A DNA stretch of 64,000 bases from Takakia lepidozioides (lineage: Eukaryota > Plantae > Bryophyta), in assembly GCA_030704615.1 (NCBI GenBank), contig CM060733.1, forward strand, positions 32,488,001-32,552,000. Direction: 5' to 3'. The notes beneath the pieces were generated by a model. The model was not told the DNA's origin, made no database searches, and saw only the letters and a list, made by a program, of their open reading frames with translations. The first letter of the stretch is position 1. Each line of letters begins with the position of its first letter. Of this stretch, positions 26,121 to 38,060 are shown in pieces. A program made the position numbers and the translations under genes.

Positions 26121-27489
26121 GATTTGAAAATGCACTGGCCTTTAAACTTTAGTGAGCCAACTGGGTTTGCTGCCTTCACACCTGAAAAAAGTGCAGGACT
26201 TTTGACGCTCTGTACACTTAAGAGCTGCCATTGTCTCTTCTACTCCCATTTGCTCCAGGCTAAAATATTGTCTACTCCTGTATTGCCTCAAAGGCAACTG
26301 GCAGTACAACCAAAACATGGGTGAGGTAGGCAGCTTCTTGCATTCAATGTCATGCATATAAGTATGATGTAAAACCTAAAACTAGCACACATTGTCTGTC
26401 AAGTAATGTCTGCCACAAATCAAAGGCAATTTGGGGCCGAGTTCCATACCCTGATGTGGCTGAACCCAAGAGGACCTGTGACCCTGCTATAGTTTAAGAT
26501 CACACCCATCATATCTACTTAGAGCAGACAAAGGGCATCTAGAGAAAAGTATGCATGGCGCTAGGTTTAAAGAACACTCTTGATCAGTAGACATTCTCTA
26601 GCTATCCTCCTCCTTGGTGGGAACAGACTATCCTGGCCTATTGAGGTGACTGGGGGTGGCAACTGTAGGGGGAGACAAAGTGGGATGCTAGTTCAAATGG
26701 TAGAACACACTCCTGGGATTGGCGCTGAGCAGGGGCAGATGGGTGAGCAGGCAATGTATATCTTGGCACTTTGTGCTCATCATTGTCTGGCTTAGGGGTT
26801 CCACCTTTGCCTCTTCACATCATACCTTCTCATGAACACAACTGGTTTTCAAAGATCGAAACACACACTAGAGCAGAGTACTATATTATTGGATGTATGG
26901 GCCCTCCTGGGTCTGATCTTTTTGCAGACTTTTCAGACTTATGGTGGTAATGGCCTTCAAAGAAATTCTGGAATGTGAGAAGTACGCACTCATTAAAAGA
27001 TTCTTGCACTTTATTTAGGCAAAAAGGCTCAAGAGAGTTGTAGTCCCTTGAGAAGACTCTCTTTGAGCCCCTCCCTCTACTAGCAGAAAATACCGATTAT
27101 ATTAAAACCGTAGTTTGGTAAATCCTTAAAGCTGTGTAAAACATTGAAAACAAATATCAATATCAAAGACAATTATTTTTTATCAAGACCATCATTTTTA
27201 ATGAAGACAATAAAATTAAAATGAGAAATTAAATGATGAGTGACGGAAAAGATATAAACAATCGACTTCCGATCCAGACAAAACAAATGTTAAACGAAGG
27301 GAAAAGGGGGTTCAACTCCTCCTCACTTCTTCTTGAGCATAGATAGAGGTAGTTGCATCAAACAATGGGGATGACCAACCCCTTTTTGTGAAAATTAAAC
27401 GTAGTTCTCAGAATTCGTCGCTAGTAGTGCGGAGCAGCGCGAAGCCCTACTATTACTTTACATAGATAAAACATTACAGTGATGTGAGT

Positions 27490-27561
27490 GGGCACTTGGT
27501 CTAGTGGTATGATTCTTGCTTTGGGTGCAAGAGGTCGCGAGTTCGATTCTCGCAGTGCCCC
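27490..27561 (+). tRNA. trnP-UGG: tRNA-Pro (anticodon UGG)
   Basis: GGGCACT acceptor stem pairs with AGTGCCC. D-loop TGGTCTAGTGGTATGA, anticodon arm CTTGC-TTTGGGT-GCAAG, T-loop GTTCGATTC, followed by a T-run Pol III terminator. Confidence 0.95.
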
Positions 27562-27889
27562 TTTTCGCCATCCCGGTGGTTGTTTTTGCCCACCAGCAGC
27601 TATGGAAGATGATATGATGTTTTGGAGAAGGGGATCTGGTGACAGTGCTTAGCTCTTCTTGCAGAGCTCCAAGATGAAAAGTCATGGAATTGATGATGTG
27701 AGTGGCATCTACTGTTGAGCCAGTCGTGGCGTGTTCACTGCCCTTCCTTTCTTTCATCTTCTCTTATCAGTCCTCCTTCTGCAGGTGACATGCCAGAGTC
27801 AGAACGACTATGTACTAAGCATGGTTCTTCTAAGCATTGATGGCTGCCCTCCATAAATGAAAGTACTCATTCTAATGTGCACATTTGGA

Positions 27890-28198
27890 TTGCCTCAGGG
27901 TAAACGATCCTGTGGCAGCAAAGCTAGTGAGGTAGGCTGTCTAGATGCACTCCTTGTTATCACCTGCATGAACATCAAGACACTCTATGTGGGGGGGTTT
28001 GATCCCGCGTCTCCGGTTATGGGGAGATTGAGTCAAATCCTAATGGTGATACAACGCGCATGTGCATTTGTCACCTACACCAGGAGGGAAGCAGCTGAGA
28101 AGGGTGCTGACAATCTAGCCGACAAGCTAGTCATCAAAGGCTTGAGAATGAAGCTTAAGTGGGAAAACCGCAGGTTGCAAAATCCGTTGAAGAATTGA
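27890..28198 (+). pseudogene. Degenerate fragment of an RBM22/MAC5-like splicing factor (RRM)
   Basis: VNDPVAAKL, IKTLYVGG, QRACAFVTYTRREAAEKGADNLADKLVIKGLRMKLKW, with internal deletions and stops. Confidence 0.8.
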
Positions 28199-28929
28199 AC
28201 TTGATATTCACTCCACAGATGCAGACCAGTACACGCATGGACTGGATATGACTGAATCCTGAATGAGAGTTCGTGCAGTCTATTTGACAGGGGAACCAGG
28301 ATTTCCTCTGACACCTGTTCCACTTGGCTGAGGATTTTGAAGTGAAGTGAGTTGTGAAGCGAATGAAACCTACTCTTGGTCCAACCGAGAGCAGGTGTTG
28401 TCTGACAGACAAACAACTCAGTTCTGGGTTTGAATTCTGGGTTTTGGAGAGGAGGACGATACAAATTACCTCATGGATTCCATAGTAGGTCTGCCAATAG
28501 GCAAACAAGCAACTGCAGCCTGCTAGAATTGTGATGAACTGTAGGTGAAGTTAACCGCAGGCTGCATCAGCCCTGGTATAGCTTGTAAGGTAAGCTGGCA
28601 GTTTTTCCGAATTGGAACTTAGGCAGCCGCATTCAACTATCACTTCTTCAGCTGGCAATCAACTTTACTGTGTAGGCACATTCCTTACGTATGTGTATGA
28701 GCTGATCGTTGTGTAATGATTTGGGGATGCCCTCTCTAAATCATTTTCATCCTTGTGTCCTTCAAAGATGCTATCTGAACAAGCTGGCTTGACTCTGAAA
28801 TGTAGACCTTTGATATTACTTTTTCCATGGTCGGTTTACATTTGAATCAGGTACTCTCAACTACAAGATTTTCTGATATAAACATGACTCCAAACTTGGA
28901 GCTCATTCTCCAGTTTGGAAGGCCGGTGG

Positions 28930-29580
28930 AATAAAGCAACCTCGATCAAGAGCGATAACCAAGGTAGCCTTGCTTTGATTAAAAACCCAGTCTTTCAGCC
29001 TTTTGTGCTCAAACCAAGCATGTTGATATTCAACATCATTTTGTCAAGGGAGCAAGTCCTTGCACAAAAAATTGTCTTTCATCGACAGTTGACATTTTGA
29101 GGAAAGGTGTTCCAAGACCGAAGTTGGAACAATGCAGAATGCAGCTAGGGTTATGTGAACAATGAAGATTCACAAAGTGGGAGTGTTAGAGAGTTTGTTC
29201 ACTTCAGTGTAACAATGCTCCCTAAATAGCAAGTTGGATATTGTTAGATACTTTTGCAATTGACGTCATGGCAGACAGAGAAAAGGCAGTGGAGTGCAGA
29301 TAGGAAAAGCACTAGGACTTCAAATAGAAATATCTAAAGTTGAGGTTTGTGTATTTAAGTAGGCACTTCAGGCCATTGAATCAATCTCTCAAGCTCTTTC
29401 TCGAATGAAGTGTGTCTCTGGACAGTATGATGCAGAAACCTATCTTTGTCTCTGTTTCTATATAGTTAGCATGATTGTCCACTAGAGTACTCATCGTCTT
29501 TCCTCCTGTGAAAGCCCTGAAGTTAAGTCCTCCATGACTTCTGGTGCAACCACCAGCTCTAAGAAGAATTCAGGTCAACA
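28930..29580 (+). mobile_element. Ty1/Copia RNase H remnant, polypurine tract and putative 3' LTR (about 29184-29580)
   Basis: SDNQGSLALIKNPVF...TKHVDIQHHFV...DIL.KG, then AAAGTGGGAG followed by TGTTAG...CAACA. Confidence 0.75.
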
Positions 29581-29644
29581 GCTGCAACCTAAATGCGAGC
29601 TCATACTTCATACCAGTTCCATACTTGAATAGCACGCTGAACTT

Positions 29645-30182
29645 TTAGATATTCCGCCAGAGTACAGTAATAGCAGACAGGCCCAACCCCGAGAGGGGGC
29701 AGTAGCCGTGAGGGGAAGTGGCTCTTAGTTACGCCGGCTTAGGCCGGAGTCTTCTCTCTCTCTCTCTCTCTCTCTAATAGCAGACAGGGAGAACTGGGAA
29801 TAGTGCCCTCTTTAGAAGCTGGGCTCTAAGTACAATAGTGAATTCCGGATTTGCCCAGTTTCTACCTTATGGAGTATTACAGCATATGTATTAGAGACTG
29901 AATTGAGACACTTAGATATTCCGCCAGAGTACAGTAATAGCAGACAGGCCCAACCCCGAGAGGGGGCAGTAGCCGTGAGGGGAAGTGGCTCTTAGTTACG
30001 CCGGCTTAGGCCGGAGTTTTCTCTCTCTCTCTCTCTCTCTCTAATAGCAGACAGAGAGAACTGGGAATAGTGCCCTCTTTAGAAGCTGGGCTCTAAGTAC
30101 AATAGTGAATTCCGGATTTGCCCAGTTTCTACCTTATGGAGTATTACAGCATATGTATTAGAGACTGAATTGAGACACTTAG
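29645..30182 (+). repeat. Near-perfect 267-bp tandem duplication. Each unit contains a short (CT)n-tailed insertion with a TSD
   Basis: Units start at 29645 and 29912. In unit 1, TAATAGCAGACAGG (29668-29681 and 29775-29788) flanks a 93-bp insert. Confidence 0.95.
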
Positions 30183-32323
30183 CATTGGTTTGTAGAGCAC
30201 CCCCACACATGTAATACATTCTCGTACAATGGCACCATGAATAAAAAAAATAAACAAAATTTACTGCAAGCACCTCTATCACTTGCTAACCCTTCCTGCA
30301 CTCAGACTTGCATCAGGACATACTGCTGGCCTTGAGTTAACACAACATATCAGAGTGCATCCACATGGTGAACGCAGGGCAATGAGCGCATTAGAACTCC
30401 ATGTCTCAGGTGCATAAAGTGGACATAGCTTTGCCATGTGATAATGGTCGGGATATTTTCGCTTCGCACAACTTTACTATCCCCGCTGTGAGAATTTCAC
30501 CCATACTGGAAGAGTTGAGCCTGAGCACAACACAAATTCAAGTAAGAATGTGGTTTTGAGAAAGCTTCACGGTGCCAACTCAGGTAGTGACAAAGACATA
30601 GCATGCAGATCATGAACACAAGCATGATATCTCAGTGGAAGTGAGGAAAACCAGACATGCTACCTTTTGGTCAAACAATTCAGTTGAAAACCTTTTATGG
30701 GTGCATGATCCCGACAAATTGGAATGCACCAATTGAACCAGTGCAGCAAGTCAAAGCTGAGTCCATCACCATCTCTCCCTCCCACACTGAACACTGGCGG
30801 TTAACAATCCTACGCCCACCTACTATAAGGATGGGTATCTAAAACAGCTCTGCCCTTGAGGGGGCATAGCTGCCATCTATATTGTACCCACCCTGTCTCA
30901 TTGATCTTCGTGAGACTGGTGCAAGAAGATCAGGCCTTCGATCGGCTAATAAAGCACTCTAGCAAGAGCTTTACACCAACCAGCCAGATCACCAATTCTT
31001 CCAAAACTGATTTCCTTCATTGCTGGGTGCGATATGTGTCTGATGCAGACATAGGGCCTTACCCTTTGTAAGATGGAAGTCTCCTAATTTAAGGTGATAG
31101 AAGAACTGTGGTGTGGACCACTCCAAGTAGCTGAACCAAGATCTAGAATTCCATAAACTTTCAGTTTCAGTGGAGGATCATAACATGCTCCAATGTACAT
31201 CCATTAATAAAAACAAAGAAGAAAATGAAAAACTTTAGTGCTTAATCACCAAGATTATGGGTGATAACACCATACCTTAAATGAGTTAGGATATCATCCG
31301 ACCACAATGGTATTATAGTAAACCCAATCTACATGCATGCAGGCTGTACTGCAGATCGATGTCTTCGCAAGTTGCTCCCCTGAGCTTCCATTGAACAATC
31401 GAGTTGGGAGGTACCTGACTGTTTCCTGCAGCCACATCAGTTTGGCCATGTCAATTCTGAGAGCTCAAACATCATGGTGTTATTGTCATCAATCATCAAT
31501 CATTATGGTGTTTTCTGTATTCTCATCAAGATCAATCCAGTCTAATGATTGGTAACTACCAAACCGACCTTTCATATATGTAGTCACTTCAATCGCACAC
31601 CGTTTGATCATTCCACAGGTATCAAATTGTTCCCTAGCCTGCCAAACACACACAACCAAGTTGCTCAGCAGATTTCAGGTAAGACAAAAATTGGAAAGCA
31701 TACATATGACCTCCATGATGTTGTTTGGTCGAAGATTGTTTCATCTAATATTAGTGGCAATTCAACCCCAAAAGAGTGCTTGTCACAAATATGTAGCATG
31801 CAAAATGAAAGGAACAACTCTAGTCTTGGCAACATACAAAAGTCTGAAGACTACCCACACACTTGCTGCAAGAACAGAGTGGCCATCAGATTACACAGGA
31901 TTCGAGGCTCTTTCATGCCCCAGGAGCCACTGACTTCCCACAAAACTCACAGAAGCCCCTGTTCTGTACAACACTAATTGGGCCTAAAGTACATACTACT
32001 TCAAGCATCGTGAAAGGATCCCTGCAAGCCTACACCCCTTTAAGTATCACATGTAAACCTGCTTAAATGGTGTTATAAAGACATTATACCAGTAAGGAGG
32101 TTGATCATGGAACAGCCTTCCCTTCGGTGATGTATTCGCTCCAAGAAATCTGAACCTGAAGTAGCAGCTTGTGAAAGAGCCTGAAAAGTGACCGTAGGGA
32201 ACGCACCAATTACCATTTTCACCCTGTTCAACACGTCCCCTCTTCTGTGTGGGTATTCTCGGGGGTGAGAGAGTCCTGACACCTAAGGGGACAGGTATCT
32301 GACATCAGAGACTTCATTTATCG

Positions 32324-35300
32324 TCACCAATAATCCCCACAAGAACACACACCATTCTGAAAGTGATGAAAGCGTGCAGCATCCCTAGCAATAATCTCTC
32401 TTCCAATAATCTTGGATATAAACTTGCTGGCGGTGTGGCAATCACCACATACACGAAGATTCTTGCTAATGCGGATAGTCGATCCAGGTGGTGTACTAAT
32501 GAGCCCAAAAGCAATGGCCAGCTTTTCACTATGGTAGCAGAGAGATTGTTCCTTTGACTGCTGATCCACATCATGCAAGATAAAACGTGTGTCTGGAACA
32601 TATCCCGCCTGCTTCATCTGCCTGGTTAATCTCTCCAACTCAGCATAGATCTCCTCTGTTTGCGGATGTGATGTATCTTCTGAAACAAATGTGTGTACCC
32701 TATGATTGATCTCAATCCAGCTTTTCCCCGGCTTCTTTTTCACACCACTCTCCTCCATTGCTTTTCTCACCTTGGCTACATCATCCCATCTTCCAGCCAT
32801 AGAATAGACATTTGAAAGCAGCACATACACTGCAGCATTGTCCGGTTCTAACTTGAACATGTGATGTGCAGCTTGTTCTGCTAGCACCACGTGGCCATGG
32901 ATTCTGCAGGCGCCAAGCAAGGCCCCCCACACTGGAGCACTAGGGTTAATTGGCATGTTGCTGATAAAGTCCTCTGCTTCATCCAAACGCCCTGCACGGC
33001 CAAGAAGGTCAACCATGCAGCCATAGTGTAACTCCGTTGGTGTGATACCATGAACTTGACTCATAGAATGGAAATGATGACAGCCCTCATCTAGTAGGCC
33101 CGCGTGACTGCACGCAGAGAGGATTCCAATAAAAGTGACGTTGGTCGGTTTCACCCCTTCCTGTTGCATCCCTTCAAAGAGTTTTAGGGCCTCAGTACCG
33201 AACCCATGCTGGGCATATCCTACAATCATAGCATTCCATGACACTGTGTTCTTTCCAATAATTTTGTCAAACACTTGCCTTGCATCCCCCAGACTCCCGC
33301 ACTTGGCATACATGTCAATAAGAGCAGTACCCACTGAGACATCCGACTCAAATCCACAATTGACCACGTGGTCATGGACCTTCCTGCCTTCATGCAAGGC
33401 CGCTAACTTGGAGCATGCGCTGAGGATACTAATGAAAGTGATCTGGTCAGGCTTGACACCTTCTCGTTGCATTTGCCAATAGAAATCAAATGCTTGTGCA
33501 CCACGTCCTTGCTGAGATAACCCTGAAATCATCACATTCCATGAGAACACATCTCGTTCGGGCATTTTGTCAAACACTTGGCATGCATTCACAAAACCCC
33601 TGCACTTGCAATACATGCTGACAAGGGCATTGGCCACCTGGCCAACCGACTCAAGTCCAGCCTCAACTATGTCCGCATGAAGCCACTTGCCCTGTTCCAG
33701 GGCTAGAGGGCTGGCACATGAATTGAGGATGCTCAAATAGGTGATCTCATTTGGCTTCAAGCCTTCTCGTTGCATTCGCTGCCAGAATTCAGTTGCCTTT
33801 TGGAATTGCCCTTGCTGAACTAATCCTGCAATCATCACATTCCATGAGATCACATCTCGCCTGGGCATTTTGTCAAACACTTGGCTTGCACCCACCACAT
33901 CCCCACACTTGCAGTACATGCTGACAAGGGCAGTGCCCATAAGAAGATCTGACTCAAATCCAGCCTTGCTGATGCTCACATGGAAATGCTTGCCCTGTTC
34001 CAGAGTTGCTGGGCTGCCACATGCTTTGAGGATGCTCATAAAGGTGACCTTGTTAGGCTTCACGCCTGTCTGTTGCATTCGCTGAAAGAATTCAATTGCC
34101 TCTCCGCTATGCCCTTCCTCAGCTAGTCCTGCAATCATCGCAGTCCATGAAATCACATTTCGTGTATGCATATTGTCAAAAACTTGGTGCGCATTCACTA
34201 TACTCCTGCACTTGCAATACATGCTGACAAGAGCATTGCTTACTTGGAGATCTGACTCAAATCCAGCTATCTTGATTTCGGCATGGACCCGCTCGCCCTG
34301 TTCCACAGCCGCGGGGCTGGCACATGCATTGAGGATGCTCATGAAGGTGACTTTGTTGGGCTTCAAGCCTTCTTGTTGCATACTTCGGAAGTAACGAAAA
34401 GCCTCTTCACTTTGCCCTTGCCGAGCTAATCCTGCAATCATGGCATTCCAAGAGATCACATCTCGCTTAGGAATTTTTTCAAAAACTTGGCACGCATCCA
34501 CCACACTCCCGCACTTGCAGTACATGCTGACAAGAGCAGTACCCACAACGACATCTGATCCAATTCCAGCTTTCATGATATCAGCATGCACACGTTTGCC
34601 ATGTTCCAGATATGCTGGGCTGGCACATGCGTTGAGGATGCTCGTGAAGGTGATCTTGTTTGGCGACACACCTTCGTGTTGCATTCGCCAGAAGAGTTCA
34701 AATGCCTCTTCACTCTGACCTTGCTTAGCTAATCCTGCAATGACTGCAGTCCATGAGATGGCATTCCGCTGAGACATATTGTCGAATACTTGACGTGCAT
34801 CCGCAACACTCGTGCACTTCCAGTACATGTTAACAAGGGCATTACCCACTTGAACATCTGACTGAAATCCAGCTTCCACGATGTCCGCATGTACCCTCTT
34901 GCCCTGTTTCAGAGCAGCGGGACTGGCAAATGCACTTAAGATACTCATAAAGGTGATCTTGTTTGGGATCACGCCTTCTTGTTGCATTAGCTGGAAGATT
35001 TCAAACGCCTCTCCATTCTTCCCTAGCCGAGCTAATCCTGCAATCATCGCATTCCATGAGATCACATCTCGCTCAGGCATTTCATTGAACACTTGACGAG
35101 CATCCATCACACTCCCGCACTTGCAATACATGCTGACAAGGGTGTTCCCTAGTAAAATGTCTGGCTCGAACCCACTCTTCATGATGTGATCATGAACCCC
35201 CTTCCCAACTGCCAGGGCTTGCGTTTCACCACACTCCTGCAAGAGACGGCCACAGGTCTCTGAATATGCCCCAAAACCTCTTTGCTCACTCACATCCAAT

Positions 35301-35500
35301 ACCTGCACTGCCTCCTTCAGCTGCCTCTCCCATGTGTTTCCACCGGCGTATCTACTTCTTTCCTCCCCAGCTCCTCTTTGCCTGCGCCTTACAAGGAAAG
35401 CCGAGGTGATGGTAGCCGTGCCGCTCCCAGATCTCTCATGCCCAACAAACAACCCCGTCTGACTCCGGACTGAAACTCCACCACCCTGCATCATACCCAC
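32324..35500 (-). CDS. Intact PLS-E1-E2-DYW pentatricopeptide protein (PG-type DYW, organellar C-to-U RNA editing factor). The true 5' end is uncertain
   Basis: 23 L/S/P motifs, E1/E2, PG box KKPGKSWIE, zinc-binding HSEKLA and CGDCH, terminal CSCGDYW. Confidence 0.97.
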   Translation of the reverse strand: MGMMQGGGVSVRSQTGLFVGHERSGSGTATITSAFLVRRRQRGAGEERSRYAGGNTWERQLKEAVQVLDVSEQRGFGAYSETCGRLLQECGETQALAVGKGVHDHIMKSGFEPDILLGNTLVSMYCKCGSVMDARQVFNEMPERDVISWNAMIAGLARLGKNGEAFEIFQLMQQEGVIPNKITFMSILSAFASPAALKQGKRVHADIVEAGFQSDVQVGNALVNMYWKCTSVADARQVFDNMSQRNAISWTAVIAGLAKQGQSEEAFELFWRMQHEGVSPNKITFTSILNACASPAYLEHGKRVHADIMKAGIGSDVVVGTALVSMYCKCGSVVDACQVFEKIPKRDVISWNAMIAGLARQGQSEEAFRYFRSMQQEGLKPNKVTFMSILNACASPAAVEQGERVHAEIKIAGFESDLQVSNALVSMYCKCRSIVNAHQVFDNMHTRNVISWTAMIAGLAEEGHSGEAIEFFQRMQQTGVKPNKVTFMSILKACGSPATLEQGKHFHVSISKAGFESDLLMGTALVSMYCKCGDVVGASQVFDKMPRRDVISWNVMIAGLVQQGQFQKATEFWQRMQREGLKPNEITYLSILNSCASPLALEQGKWLHADIVEAGLESVGQVANALVSMYCKCRGFVNACQVFDKMPERDVFSWNVMISGLSQQGRGAQAFDFYWQMQREGVKPDQITFISILSACSKLAALHEGRKVHDHVVNCGFESDVSVGTALIDMYAKCGSLGDARQVFDKIIGKNTVSWNAMIVGYAQHGFGTEALKLFEGMQQEGVKPTNVTFIGILSACSHAGLLDEGCHHFHSMSQVHGITPTELHYGCMVDLLGRAGRLDEAEDFISNMPINPSAPVWGALLGACRIHGHVVLAEQAAHHMFKLEPDNAAVYVLLSNVYSMAGRWDDVAKVRKAMEESGVKKKPGKSWIEINHRVHTFVSEDTSHPQTEEIYAELERLTRQMKQAGYVPDTRFILHDVDQQSKEQSLCYHSEKLAIAFGLISTPPGSTIRISKNLRVCGDCHTASKFISKIIGREIIARDAARFHHFQNGVCSCGDYW

Positions 35501-35629
35501 CCACCTGCGAGCTTCGATCCTCTAGCACAGAGGATAGTGCAACCCCTTCAATCCTGCCCCGGGAGCATCATCCCTTTGCAGTTTGAAATCCGCAACCCAA
35601 CTACAGTCATGGTCAGACCTCTAGTTCAT

Positions 35630-35975
35630 ATCTAAAATGATAGCAGGATATGCAAGGCATGGGCATGGTAGGGAGGCTTTCAAGATCTATGAGCAAATGC
35701 AACTGGAAGGGCATTCTCAATGCTTGCGGTAGCCTGTGAGCTCTGCAAAAAAGCAAGCAGGTCCATGCTGACATCATCAAAGCTGAAATGGCATAATTTA
35801 TTAATTTGGAGAATACCCTTGTCAACATGTATGCCAAATGTGGGAGCATAAAGGATGCGCATCAAGTGTTTGACAATATGAGCTGGATGTGGTCTCATGG
35901 AACGTTATGATTGCAGGTTATAGTCAGCATGGTTATGGTTGGGAGGCTCTCAAGCTCTACGAGCGAATGCAACAG
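35630..35975 (+). pseudogene. PPR fragment (P-L-S-P) with stops and frameshifts
   Basis: MIAGY...GREAFKIYEQMQLEG / [25 protein letters not shown] / [28 protein letters not shown]. Confidence 0.85.
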
Positions 35976-36199
35976 GAGGTAAAACAAGCACCAGAGTTTT
36001 ACTGGTGAAATTTGTGTCTTTTGGACACCAAAGATTCTGCTGGCCATGATGATGATAAGAATCACTGAAAAGACGCAACAGAGTAAATACGTTTTGACCC
36101 CCCTGTTTTTCCATATAAAGCAACCTTATCAAGATTTTGGAATTCTGCTTTGAAATTTTGGGGCAACATTGCTTTAGGTTCACATAAGCTTAAGCAAAT

Positions 36200-36600
36200 T
36201 CTGTTCAAGCATTGTGTCAAAAACTTGACGTGCATCCAATACACTCCCACACTTGGCATGCATGTTGATAAGGCTGTTATGTATAGCGATGTCTGGCTTG
36301 ATAAGGCTGTTGCACTTTGGATAATGTGGGACAGCACGTCCTTTCCTTTTGCTAGGCCTTTCACATAAATGCACTCCTGCAACAGACAGACTTAAGTACT
36401 GGAGTCTGCCTGAATGCAAAATTTACAACACCTCTTTCAGGCATCCTGCCTTACATACTCACATTCCTGCAAGTTGCAGAAGAGTTTTTATCGACACGTT
36501 CTCTTGGTCCTCTTTCAAATGCAGCGGTGATGGTGGAGATGCCATCCCTGCCACCAGTCTGATGCCCAACAGACCACCATGCCTGATTGAACGCCGCCAT
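36200..36600 (-). pseudogene. N-terminal linker and first PPR motifs of a decayed PPR gene
   Basis: GISTITAAFERGPRERV linker, LLQECIYVKGLAKGKDV, HNSLINMHAKCGSVLDARQVFDTM. Confidence 0.8.
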
Positions 36601-36843
36601 CCAGTATGACTGAATTTGTTAGTTACAAGCATCGAGAGTCACGGCTGCATATAAAGTATAATCCTCCAAAGAAAGGTCTTTTCAATAAAACAAGCTCCTT
36701 AGAGCGTATTCGGGAGACAAACTTACAATCTTATCTAAGAGTATCAATTGTCTGATTTAGGGCCCTTCAATCATCATCAAACAATACCCTTTGTATTCTC
36801 CGCCTGGGCATCCATGGTGTACAGAGACATTAGAACCATCACT

Positions 36844-37330
36844 ACATTGTGCTTGACCTTCTATCATGGCAGCTAGCTCTGCTTTCACCCATGGAGGGTT
36901 CGAACAACTCAGTCCAAAGGAACTCCTTGGTGCGCTTGAGATGGAAGTCTGGTGATCTGTAAACCACCAGTGGGAAGCTGAGTAGCCATAATGACAAGCA
37001 CATCCTCACATAGATTAGGCTACAGCCACCAAAGCTCCAACCATCTTTCGCGAACAACCTTAAACAACTCACTTTCATCCCCTGCTCATGAGGAAACAAC
37101 CTACTGATAGCAACCAAACAATATATTGCTTTTGCTTGTGTTTTGAAGGGAAAGAGTTAAGTAGGCGTAGTGATTTGTGGTCTGGATCACTGTGCCACCT
37201 TCAGTCACAAGTCCTCCAGGATAAACTCCTTCATGCAGTGAAAGTACAAAAAGCCTCATCTTCTCAAAGATGTTGTCCCACAACTGCCAAGGATCTCGCT
37301 TCAGAATTGCGTCATTCGGCCGAGCCTTTC
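36844..37330 (-). pseudogene. Degenerate PDF-motif exons upstream of the minus-strand PPR fragment
   Basis: Near 37260-37320: KRDPWQLWDNIFEK. 36956-36844: SPDFHLKRTKEFLWTE, frameshift, NPPWVKAELAAMIEGQAQC, which is homologous to 21534-21658. Confidence 0.7.
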
Positions 37331-38060
37331 CGAATGAGATTCTTAGTCCAAAACCTGCTCTTGCCTGGCACACCTCTGACTTCTTAGATCAAGCATCCCG
37401 TCCAGGTCTTCACCGGAACACTGTAAAAGGCCGCGTGCATATCTTGCACTCCATGTCAAAATTCGCCTTCGTCTGTGGCCAACCCAATTCCCAACAGACC
37501 ACAGAAAATTCATCACATAAGGTTCACTGTAAAATCCATAAAGAGCATGGAACACCGAGGCACGACTCGCAGATGATGGGAACATCCGAGCGCTACCACC
37601 CGTCCGCTTCCACATGAGGGCAACAAACTGTGCGCCATCGTTTTCTCTCCTTCCGCCCAACTCTCGCTGGGAGTTTTTTCCTGATTCAATGATATACTTG
37701 ATCATCCATGATCTCTAGGATGAAGTTCCCAGGCAAGCAGCCATAGCAGACTGTGGATTCCTTGTCCACATGTTCTCGAGGTGCTCCCGCTCCCTATAAG
37801 CTGTTCCAACGATATTCTGCTTGTGAGCGTGGCCTTGGGTTGAGAGTTTCAAAAAGGAGGTATGGGTTGTGCTATGTACGCTCCTCTGCTTTTTTTGCAT
37901 CCCATTGTATCGAGGTCTGTTTCGAAAAGGTTCACGCCGATTGCGGGGCAGCGGAGATCAGCAGAGAGGAACGGAGAGGATGGACAAGGAGTGTACCTGC
38001 AGGTGGTGCGAAATGGGTGGCCACGTCCATCGTGGTTACATTCAGCACAGAAGTTGGCAG

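Noticed and set aside
30300-32300. Short ORFs downstream of the intact DYW gene
   Set aside because: No recognisable protein similarity. They may be UTR or intergenic sequence.
32324-32760. Possible U-to-C (KP-type) DYW domain
   Set aside because: It has the canonical PG box, HSEKLA and a DYW terminus, so it is the ordinary C-to-U type.
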